From Phycisphaerae bacterium (GTDB taxonomy: Bacteria > Planctomycetota > Phycisphaerae > UBA1845 > Fen-1342): a stretch of 64,000 nt of DNA. The DNA lies in contig CAXXTC010000002.1 in the NCBI GenBank assembly GCA_963666925.2, positions 1-64,000 of the forward strand. The letters are read 5' to 3'. Numbering within the stretch: the first letter of the stretch is position 1; each line of letters starts with the position of its first letter. The notes under the pieces are model-generated. The model was not told the origin of the DNA. It was given only the letters and a program-made list of their open reading frames with translations, and searched no databases. The position numbers were made by a program, and so were the translations under genes. Of the stretch, positions 9,764-17,496 are shown piece by piece.

Positions 9764-11086
9764 CTACTTGATCACCTTCTTGATGGCGGCTTCGAGCTGG
9801 CCGGGCTGTTGCTCTTCCAGTTCGTAGAGCACGCGCGTCGCCGGCTTCGTGATCTTGAGCATGCGGCCCAGGTCGATCGGCGTGCCGATCACAACCGCGT
9901 CGCAGTCGGCCGCGTTGATGGTCTGCTCCAGCTCCTGCATCTGCTTGTCGCCATAACCCATGGCCGGCAGGACGTCGGTAACGTGCGTGTACTTGGCGAA
10001 GGTGGCCTTGATGCTGCCGACGGCGTACGGACGCGGGTCGACGATCGCACTGGCGCCACACTGACGGGCGGCCACGTGGCCGGCACCATAACGCATCTCG
10101 CCATGCGTCAGCGTCGGGCCGTCCTCGACGACCAGCACGCGCTTGCCCTTGATCAGGTTCGGGTCGGCCACCGTTACCGGCGAGTTGCACTTGATCACGG
10201 TAGCATTCGGGTTGCACTCCGCGACGTTGGCCAGGACCGTGTCGATGCCGGCCTGCTCGGCCGTCCCCATCTTGTTCACGACGACGACGTCGGACATGTA
10301 GAGGTTGGTCTCGCCGGGGTAGTACTTCCGCTCGTGCCCGGGACGGTGCGGATCGACGACGGTGATGTACAGGTCGGGCTTGAAGAACGACATATCGTTG
10401 TTGCCGCCGTCCCAGAGGACGACGTCGGCTTCCTGCTCGGCAGCGCGGAGGATCTTTTCGTAGTCGACGCCAGCGAAGACGAGATTGCCGGCCTCGATAT
10501 GCGGCTCATACTCCTCGCGTTCTTCGATGGTGCACTCGTGCGTGTCCATGTCGGCGAGCGTGGCAAAACGTTGACAGATCTGCTTCGAGAGGTCGCCGTA
10601 GGGCATGGGGTGACGCACGGCGGCGACCTTCTTGCCCATGTCGCGGAGGATCTTCACGACAGCGCGTGAGGTCTGGCTCTTGCCGCAGCCGGTGCGGACG
10701 GCACAGACCGCGATGACCGGCTTGGTGCTCTTGAGCATGGTATGGCGATGGCCGAGCATGATGAAGTCCGCCCCGCAGGCGTTGACGAGGGCGGCCTTGT
10801 GCATGACGACCTCGTGGGGCAGGTCCGAATATGCGATCGTGCAGAGGTCGACGTCGTGCTCTTTGATGAGCCGGGGCAGGTCGGCCTCGTCGTAGATCGG
10901 GATGCCCTCAGGGTAGCGCGGTCCGGAAAGTACCGGGGGGTACTTTCGGCCGGCGATGTCAGGAATCTGCGTGGCCGTGAACGCGACGACCTGGGCGTTC
11001 TCGTTGTCGCGCCAGTAGGTGTTGAAGTCGTGGAAATCGCGCCCGGCGGCGCCCAGGATGATGACTTTCCTCGGTGCGGTGCTCAT
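9764..11086 (-). CDS. COG2403-type P-loop enzyme (cyclic 2,3-diphosphoglycerate synthase-like / arginine synthetase-like family)
   Basis: IILGAAGRDFHDFN, P-loop AVRTGCGKS, RHPMPYG, CTIEEREEYEPH, WDGGNND, EDGPTLTHG, LPAMGY. Confidence 0.8.
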   Translation of the reverse strand: MSTAPRKVIILGAAGRDFHDFNTYWRDNENAQVVAFTATQIPDIAGRKYPPVLSGPRYPEGIPIYDEADLPRLIKEHDVDLCTIAYSDLPHEVVMHKAALVNACGADFIMLGHRHTMLKSTKPVIAVCAVRTGCGKSQTSRAVVKILRDMGKKVAAVRHPMPYGDLSKQICQRFATLADMDTHECTIEEREEYEPHIEAGNLVFAGVDYEKILRAAEQEADVVLWDGGNNDMSFFKPDLYITVVDPHRPGHERKYYPGETNLYMSDVVVVNKMGTAEQAGIDTVLANVAECNPNATVIKCNSPVTVADPNLIKGKRVLVVEDGPTLTHGEMRYGAGHVAARQCGASAIVDPRPYAVGSIKATFAKYTHVTDVLPAMGYGDKQMQELEQTINAADCDAVVIGTPIDLGRMLKITKPATRVLYELEEQQPGQLEAAIKKVIK

Positions 11087-11324
11087 GAGATGTTCCAAAC
11101 TCTCTGAAAAAAGGGTCTCTGACGGTTGTGCGCACCCCCAGTTTTGGGCCTCGCGGCCGGCGTGCGGGGTGCGACTAGCACGCCCAGCCCCCCGGCAGTC
11201 CTACCACCATAGCGAAACCCCGCCCTCGGCTCAAGCTGCCCCGCTCGACAGGGGCTTTTTGCCTTGCTCCGGCCTCTGGGGAGGGCTACGATGCCCCTCT
11301 GAATGGCGGTTTGTGGAGGTATCT

Positions 11325-11558
11325 ATGTCCCAGTACTGGCAGAAGTTGATGCGGATCGGGCTGATCTGCGTGGTGACCCTGGCCCTGTTTGCCCCGCCGG
11401 CGATGGCCGCGGACGACGACGACGGCCGTTATCGGGAGCCCAACATCAGCTACCTCGAGTTCCGCAAGCCGTATATTGAGTGGATCGCGGGGACTCTGAT
11501 CATCATCGCGTGCGTACTGATCGCGTTTAAGAACCCGCACCGCACGCACCTGGATTAG
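11325..11558 (+). CDS. Small exported membrane protein (C-terminal FKNPHRTHLD)
   Basis: GGAGGT SD before ATG 11325; signal peptide (AMA/A) plus C-terminal TM helix. Confidence 0.7.
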   Translation: MSQYWQKLMRIGLICVVTLALFAPPAMAADDDDGRYREPNISYLEFRKPYIEWIAGTLIIIACVLIAFKNPHRTHLD

Positions 11559-11649
11559 AGCAAGCTCTATTCACTCGTAGCGGCCTCCCGGCCGTGTTCT
11601 CCAGGACGCTTGGATGTTTGAACGCCACGAGTTTATCGAAAACGCTCTA
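11556..11649. mobile_element. 94-bp MITE-like element, copy 2
   Basis: Same ends and core as copy 1; its first three bases (TAG) are the stop codon of the upstream ORF. Confidence 0.75.
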
Positions 11650-11696
11650 GCCCCCACCCGGTCGCCGGGAGGAGTAGCCCACCAGGGAGCCCAAAG

Positions 11697-11987
11697 ATGA
11701 ACAAGAGCCTGGCCCTGAGCCTGCTGGTGTGCGCAAACCTGGTCTTGTTGACGGCCCTGCTGCTGGTGGCCGCAACGCCGCGGGTCGCCCAAGCACAGAG
11801 CGCCGGCCTGGCCGGCAACTACCTGGTAGTGGCGGGCGAGATTCAGAACGAATTCGACGCCCTGTACCTGCTCGACCTGAGCGAGCGCACACTGCACACG
11901 TTCTACTTCCGGAAAGGCACGCAGGACATGCAGTACGGCGGGTACCGCATGCTCGAGCTGGACTTCCGCAACAACAGTGGAGGCTGA
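11697..11987 (+). CDS. Small secreted/membrane hypothetical protein
   Basis: GGAG SD; hydrophobic N-terminus and AQA/Q; resembles the next ORF. Confidence 0.75.
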   Translation: MNKSLALSLLVCANLVLLTALLLVAATPRVAQAQSAGLAGNYLVVAGEIQNEFDALYLLDLSERTLHTFYFRKGTQDMQYGGYRMLELDFRNNSGG

Positions 11988-11990
11988 AGC

Positions 11991-12347
11991 ATGAGCCATA
12001 CCGGGAACCAGGTCGACGGAAAGACCTTCGCCATCGGCGTGCTGAGCGTGACCGCGTGCGTGCTGTTCGTCGGGCTGATGCTGGTCTCCACGCCGGCGGC
12101 AGCTCCGACGGCGGCGTATGCGATCGGACAGAACGACCGCGGCGGCGACTACATCATGCTGACGCAGCAGGTCTCGAACACGAACGAGGCGGTGGTGGTG
12201 ATTGATGCGGCGGCGCGCTGGATGATCGTTTACCTGTTTGACTACAACGACAAAACGCTGGAAATCCTGGAGCGTGTGCCGTTGTCACAGTTGCCCAAGC
12301 CGCAAGAGCCAAACGCGGACCAAAGGCCGCGCCGCGGGCGGCGGTAG
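11991..12347 (+). CDS. Small secreted/membrane hypothetical protein
   Basis: GGAGG SD; TM segment, AYA, then GDYIMLT..EAVVVID; 3 nt from the previous stop. Confidence 0.75.
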   Translation: MSHTGNQVDGKTFAIGVLSVTACVLFVGLMLVSTPAAAPTAAYAIGQNDRGGDYIMLTQQVSNTNEAVVVIDAAARWMIVYLFDYNDKTLEILERVPLSQLPKPQEPNADQRPRRGRR

Positions 12348-12468
12348 GCGGTTCGGCACACGGACTGGCGGCAATCCCCCGGCAGGTTGGCGACGAAGCC
12401 GATAATTGGGGCGATGGCAGCACGCTCGGGAGCGGCTTATGGGGTAGTAATGTTGGGGATACAGATGT

Positions 12469-12554
12469 GGAGAGGTGTCCGAGCGGCTTAAGGAGCCGGT
12501 CTTGAAAACCGGTGATGGGTTTCCCATCCGCGGGTTCGAATCCCGCCCTCTCCG
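12469..12554 (+). tRNA. tRNA-Ser (anticodon TGA)
   Basis: GGAGAGG/CCTCTCC acceptor stem, ccggt-CT TGA AA-accgg anticodon arm, long variable arm, GGTTCGAATCC T-arm. CCA not encoded. Confidence 0.95.
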
Positions 12555-12620
12555 ATGATAAACAGACACCGCGATCACTGATCGCATTCCGAGTTGCTGG
12601 CGCATACTCAGGTACGCTCC

Positions 12621-12715
12621 AGGGCGGGGTTCGAACCCGCTGGCTAGCGCAGCGAGCCCTCGCGGGGACGACGGCCAAAGGCGCCGCGACGAAGTCGCGA
12701 ATCCCACCCTCTCCG
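12621..12715. repeat. Inverted and direct partial copies of the tRNA-Ser 3' end
   Basis: 12621-12640 is the reverse complement of 12530-12549 (1 mismatch). 12698-12715 cgaatcccaccctctccg matches the tRNA 3' end (1 mismatch). Confidence 0.75.
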
Positions 12716-12722
12716 TCTCTTT

Positions 12723-12815
12723 TAGAGCAAGCTCTACTTACTTGTAGCGGCCTCCCTGCCGTATTCTCCAGGACACTTAGAGTTTAGACGCTACGAGTTC
12801 GTTGAAAGCGCTCTA
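12723..12815. mobile_element. MITE-like element, copy 3 (93 bp)
   Basis: TAGAGCAAGCTCTA...GCTCTA; 1-nt deletion relative to the other copies. Confidence 0.75.
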
Positions 12816-12927
12816 GAGCACATCCAAAACCCGCTGCGACAAGCGCAGCCTATGGCCGGACTGCCGAGCACCCTATCATGGACCTCGGTCAGGGCGATGT
12901 AAGCCGTGAGAACATAGAGGAACTCAA

Positions 12928-13218
12928 ATGAATCAGATCGAGAATAGTGTGCGTTCGAGGGCAGTTGCGAGTCGGCAGCGGTTGTGGCCGGGGTTTGTGC
13001 TCGGATTGGCGTGTGCCGCCGTCGGTATGTTGGTGTGGGTCGGGTTGGTCGACCCGCGGCCGGCGTATGCGCAGGTGCCGGACAGCGGCAAACAACGCCA
13101 GATCATGATTGCCGAGCTCCAGACTGCCAACAAACAACTCGGGCAGGTCGTCAAGTTGCTGACGGAGATTCGCAACCAGGACGCCGGCGAAGCGAAGCCG
13201 GACGGCGGCAAGAAGTAA
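12928..13218 (+). CDS. Small membrane-anchored hypothetical protein with coiled-coil
   Basis: GAGGA SD; TM, AYAQVPDSGKQR, heptad-like helix. Confidence 0.7.
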   Translation: MNQIENSVRSRAVASRQRLWPGFVLGLACAAVGMLVWVGLVDPRPAYAQVPDSGKQRQIMIAELQTANKQLGQVVKLLTEIRNQDAGEAKPDGGKK

Positions 13219-13343
13219 TCTCCGAGCCTGCCCGTGCCGAGTGGAGCGCGGCACAGAGCCCGCCGCAGGCGGGCGGTCCACTGCTCAAGCAGTAGCACCC
13301 TGGGGTCGGTCCACGCGCGGATCGCTCATTGGCTGCCCGGAGA

Positions 13344-13754
13344 TCATCGGAGTGGTCTCAACATATCGACGACACCGGCACTGGCTGCGCAACTTGCGTA
13401 GCATGCCATCGTGCCGACGCCGATGAGTCCGACCAGGAACCAATCGACGGTCGATCCATCCCACTGCGTGTTCAACGCCAATCCCAGCACGCAGCCGACC
13501 AATCCCACGTTTGCGAACAGCGCACGCGTCACCCACTTCCGCGCAAGCAAACCAACCGCAATGCCAACCAGGGCACAGATGAGTATCCACGCGTAGATGT
13601 AGAGAAAGGCGAGCTGGCCATCAGGAGGAAATGCCCACGCGATGAACGGAGCTGCGCCCCAGGCCGCCAGGCCGGGCAGAGCCAGCGTTATCACGATCAG
13701 CACGAGATACGCGGCTGCGGACTGTGCCAGCCGGCCATTATCTGTCGCGTTCAT
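13344..13754 (-). CDS. Hypothetical 4-TM membrane protein
   Basis: Four hydrophobic segments from MNATDNG; GGAG upstream. Start uncertain. Confidence 0.55.
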   Translation of the reverse strand: MNATDNGRLAQSAAAYLVLIVITLALPGLAAWGAAPFIAWAFPPDGQLAFLYIYAWILICALVGIAVGLLARKWVTRALFANVGLVGCVLGLALNTQWDGSTVDWFLVGLIGVGTMACYASCAASAGVVDMLRPLR

Positions 13755-13917
13755 TGGTGAACTCCGGGGAGCACGGGATCTTTGTCGGATCTCCAAAGGA
13801 ACATCTCTCGGCTGCACAGCACCCAGCGTTTGGGCATGGTGTTTGACGATCGTCGGTACGCCGACGTGCGGCCCCCGCCCCCCGGAAACGGGGGCGGGGA
13901 GCATGGCACGCGGCTGA

Positions 13918-14934
13918 TCAGAACGGCGTGCCGCATTCCGGGCAGGTACGTTCGGGAAGCTGATACAACAAATAGCCGCATTTCTCGCAACGAGGCTCTT
14001 CGATCTCGATGCGGAACTTCAGCCCGCACGCGCGGCAGGCCGACGCGCCGGCCGTAACCGTCTGCGGCTCCAGACAGCGCGGACAGCACAGCTCGAATTC
14101 CGCGGCGCTGGTCTCAAGCTGCGTCCCCCGCCCCACGCTGCGCAGCTTCAGCAAAATCAGCAAAGACAGCGAGCCGGCGGCGTCGAGCACACCCAGCGCA
14201 CCGACGAACCGGTAGCCGAACTCCTGGTCGTACTCGGTGATGATGAACAGCGAAAGGAGTGCGGCCAGCGCCCACGCGCTGACCAGCGTGACGGCCAGCA
14301 ATGCCGTGATGATCTGGCCCCGGCGAACGCGCGACAGCAAACAGGTGTGGGCCAGCGTGAAGGCCGCTATGCCTGCAATGACCGTGGCCTTGACGAAATC
14401 CGGGCTGTCAGTGTCGCGGGCCCAGATGCACACCAACGACATCAGCAGAGCGACGATCAGCGTCAGGATCGCCATTGCGGCGCGGCGCAGATGCCGGCCG
14501 CGTTCGAGCAGATCTGCGCCAGGCAGCGCCAGGATATATGCGCCGATCAGGAACACGGTGGTCAGCATGGCGCGGATCATCTCGTCCTCACGCCCGTTGG
14601 GCCACCACCAGATGAACGTTGTCAACACGGCGAAGTTGAGCGAGAAGATGGCCAGCCCGATCCGGTTGAGCCGCGGCCAGAGGTGACGCTCGAGAAACTC
14701 GGCCAGTGCCAGCGCCAGGCCGCTGTGCAGCGCCAGGGCAGCCAGCGTGCCGAGCACGCGACCGGTGGTGCGGTTGAACTCGCCGAACAGCAGAACGCAG
14801 ATTGCGATCAATGCAGCCGCCGCCAGCGACCACACCAACCCGCGTAGAAACAGCTTCCTCATATGCAGCTTGTCGGCGACATCGCCCGTGCTTACGGGAT
14901 GGTCGGCCAAGTCAGTCATGATCTGCTCGCCCAT
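13918..14934 (-). CDS. Polytopic membrane protein with C-terminal zinc-ribbon cluster
   Basis: About 8 TM helices, then CPRC, CRAC, CEKC, CPEC. Confidence 0.8.
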   Translation of the reverse strand: MGEQIMTDLADHPVSTGDVADKLHMRKLFLRGLVWSLAAAALIAICVLLFGEFNRTTGRVLGTLAALALHSGLALALAEFLERHLWPRLNRIGLAIFSLNFAVLTTFIWWWPNGREDEMIRAMLTTVFLIGAYILALPGADLLERGRHLRRAAMAILTLIVALLMSLVCIWARDTDSPDFVKATVIAGIAAFTLAHTCLLSRVRRGQIITALLAVTLVSAWALAALLSLFIITEYDQEFGYRFVGALGVLDAAGSLSLLILLKLRSVGRGTQLETSAAEFELCCPRCLEPQTVTAGASACRACGLKFRIEIEEPRCEKCGYLLYQLPERTCPECGTPF

Positions 14935-14955
14935 GATACTACCTCCGCTACAACT

Positions 14956-16539
14956 CTACCGCAGACCGCGCCGCAGCCGCTTGATGACCAGTTCGTGGCA
15001 GTCGGCCACGGAGTGCGGGTTGATGCGTTTGAAGTCAGGGTGATGGTCGTTCTGGAAATCCACAAACACCCAATCGCCGGCCCTATCGCAAATCACAATG
15101 TGTACGCCGAAGACCTTACCATCGTTGGGCCGCATGATGTAGTGCGTGTACAGGGCGTAGTCAGCGGTGGGTGGGTGTTCTTTGAGGTACTTCTGGAACG
15201 CGCGGGCGAGGTCCCACAGGACGCGCTGCTCGTTCGAATTGCCAGCGACCTCGAAGCCGGGAAGCGCATCGACGACGGCGGCGTTGAACACGCCGGCGGA
15301 CTTGATCTGTTCGGCCAACTTCGCCGCTTCGGGGGCGGATTCATCGCTGCCGACGCGTGGCGGGTAGATCGCGACGGTGACGCCGGGCGCGGCCGACCGC
15401 AGCTTTGCCAACCGGGCATCGATCGCATCTTCCTCGGCATCGGAGGGCGTGCCGGACTTCTCGGCCCACAACTGTTCCATATGGCCGGCCGGAATCCACT
15501 CCAGCCGTGGAGCGTGACGGTCGAGCAGAGGCTTGATGCGCTGCTTGATCAGCGCGCACATGCCCATCGGCTGGCAGCCGCCGGCACGCTTGACCTCCCC
15601 CTTGCTCGGCTGGTAATCCTCGTGCCAAATCACCCGGCCAGCTCGGTCCGCAATGACCATGCGCATGTTCTCGACGCCCGTCTCCCGGCTCGCGAGGACG
15701 TTGGCATACAAGGCGTAATCGGTCTTGAGGTCAGCCTCGGCCACCTGCTTGGCGAAGTCGGCGGCCAAGTCGGCGTCAGGCTCGGCCGGCGTAACGACAG
15801 CATCGGTCGTAAGCACGTTGTCGAAACCCTCCCGTTCGAGCATCAGCCCGACGACGTCGGAGAAATCCTTGGACGCGTTGCCGGCCAGGACGATCGGGTA
15901 GATCGTGAGCGAGCCGACCGTGCCGCGAGCCTTGGCGGTGTCGGCAGACTTGGGCCCCCCACTGCTGTCCATATCGTCCGCGATGATCCGGCGTACGATC
16001 TCGGTGCAGTCAGCCACATCCTGCGGATCAACCGCCTTGAAGGCCTGGTGGTGTGAGTTGGCCAGGATCGCGTAGGCTACCGTGCCTTCCTGATCAACCA
16101 CGTACAGGTGCACGCCCTGCACCCGGCCGCGCCCGCCGAAGAGATATTCCGCCAACAGGGCGTACTCGGTGTCGATCTTGTTCTCGCGGACAAACTGGCC
16201 GAAGTCACCCGCCGAGTGACGCAGCATCTTCGCTTGATTCATGCCCCATTCGGTAGTCAGCGGCACCTCGGCGCTGACGACCGTTGGGGTGGCCAGGTCC
16301 TGCTCGCGAACATAGGTCGCCAGAGCCAGGGCCTGGTCGGCATCGTAGCGGTGCTCCTCGCCATCTCGAACGTAGACGGGGTAGACGGTGACGGTGGTCT
16401 GGCCGAGGCGCTGTTCGAGCAGCATGGCAGCCTGTTCGTTGATGATACCCTTGCCGCAGCCGCCCATGACGCCCGCAAGCAGCGTCGCAGAGGCCAGCAG
16501 CGCAACGAACCCCTTGATGAAGCATGAGTGCCGTCCCAT
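14956..16539 (-). CDS. Lipoprotein with three homologous domains of unknown function
   Basis: GGAGA SD; lipobox-like MGGC; the pattern T(V/I)YP...(T/A)(E/D)YAL...D..G occurs three times. Confidence 0.75.
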   Translation of the reverse strand: MGRHSCFIKGFVALLASATLLAGVMGGCGKGIINEQAAMLLEQRLGQTTVTVYPVYVRDGEEHRYDADQALALATYVREQDLATPTVVSAEVPLTTEWGMNQAKMLRHSAGDFGQFVRENKIDTEYALLAEYLFGGRGRVQGVHLYVVDQEGTVAYAILANSHHQAFKAVDPQDVADCTEIVRRIIADDMDSSGGPKSADTAKARGTVGSLTIYPIVLAGNASKDFSDVVGLMLEREGFDNVLTTDAVVTPAEPDADLAADFAKQVAEADLKTDYALYANVLASRETGVENMRMVIADRAGRVIWHEDYQPSKGEVKRAGGCQPMGMCALIKQRIKPLLDRHAPRLEWIPAGHMEQLWAEKSGTPSDAEEDAIDARLAKLRSAAPGVTVAIYPPRVGSDESAPEAAKLAEQIKSAGVFNAAVVDALPGFEVAGNSNEQRVLWDLARAFQKYLKEHPPTADYALYTHYIMRPNDGKVFGVHIVICDRAGDWVFVDFQNDHHPDFKRINPHSVADCHELVIKRLRRGLR

Positions 16540-16573
16540 TGTTGATTCTCCATTATCATGTTTGCGTGCACTT

Positions 16574-16601
16574 TGTAAGTCTTCACTTACAATTGAGTCA
16601 A
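16574..16601 (-). promoter_or_regulatory. Palindromic operator TGTAAGT-N4-ACTTACA just downstream of a TTGACT -35
   Basis: Perfect inverted repeat at 16574-16591; second copy at 17243-17258. Confidence 0.7.
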
Positions 16602-16619
16602 AAAAAGAAGACGTTGTGG

Positions 16620-17213
16620 TCATTTGTGTTCACTATTCAGCAGGGATCGGCCGGCCTCACGGAGCAGTTGCTCGCGGGTCTGGTCGTCGACCAAGCCCAA
16701 TTCGCGGCTGATATTGGCAACGGTGCCGAGGCCGACGACCGCCCAGGCGGCCAGCGCTGGGTCGAGCCCGGTGCCGGCCTCGCAATCCTGTCGGTGGGCG
16801 CGAATCTGGCTGGCGATGAAGCGCTGGTAGCGCTGGTACATCGCGGACAAAGCGGCCCGGATATCGGGGTCGTCAGTTTCGCTAAGTCCTGCAAATACAA
16901 TACGATAGTGTCCGAATTCGCCGTGATGGGTGGCCTCGTAGGCCAACAAGCGCTCGGCCGGCGTGGAGGCTCCATCGCCACTGCGGAGCAGCTCGCGCCA
17001 GACCTCGGCCGACAACTCGTAGACGTGCTCGATGACGGCGATGAACATGGCTTTCTTGTCGTGCCAGAGGCGATAGAGGATGTTCTCCTGCACGCCACAC
17101 CGGCGGGCCAGCTCGGCCGTCGTCGTGCGACGATAGCCAAGCTCGGCAAAGGTCTGGGCGACCGTCGGCAGCAGCTCGCAGCGTTTCTCGGTGATATGAC
17201 TCGGTCGGGCCAT
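16620..17213 (-). CDS. TetR/AcrR family transcriptional regulator
   Basis: FAELGYRRTTTAELARRCGVQENILYRLWHDKKAMF helix-turn-helix; AAGGA SD. Confidence 0.9.
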   Translation of the reverse strand: MARPSHITEKRCELLPTVAQTFAELGYRRTTTAELARRCGVQENILYRLWHDKKAMFIAVIEHVYELSAEVWRELLRSGDGASTPAERLLAYEATHHGEFGHYRIVFAGLSETDDPDIRAALSAMYQRYQRFIASQIRAHRQDCEAGTGLDPALAAWAVVGLGTVANISRELGLVDDQTREQLLREAGRSLLNSEHK

Positions 17214-17242
17214 GGTTTCCTTACTGTCTGCATCGGCAAAGC

Positions 17243-17287
17243 GTAAGTGATTACTTACATTATTTCCGCGCATTTGGCGACTGTCAA
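17243..17287 (-). promoter_or_regulatory. Sigma70-like promoter (TTGACA-17-AATAAT) with operator GTAAGT-N4-ACTTAC
   Basis: The minus strand reads ttgaca gtcgccaaatgcgcgga aataat gtaagtaatcacttac upstream of tetR. Confidence 0.7.
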
Positions 17288-17496
17288 GCCAAAATTCGGA
17301 CCGAATACTCTCGCGTTGCATAATCGCAACAACAGTAGTCGGCATTCGCTTCCAGCTTGTGGAGAGGTGCCCGACGGTTAGAATGTGGATGTTCGACCCA
17401 TAAGATTGGGACGTTTGGGCTCAGTTCATGTCATTGCGGCAACGGTCACGCCGGAGGGAGCGAGACGCCGCACTTTGAGAGAGAGAGGGCGGATAC

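Noticed and set aside
12469..12554. Selenocysteine tRNA
   Set aside because: The anticodon is TGA (Ser), not TCA, and the acceptor stem is a normal 7 bp.
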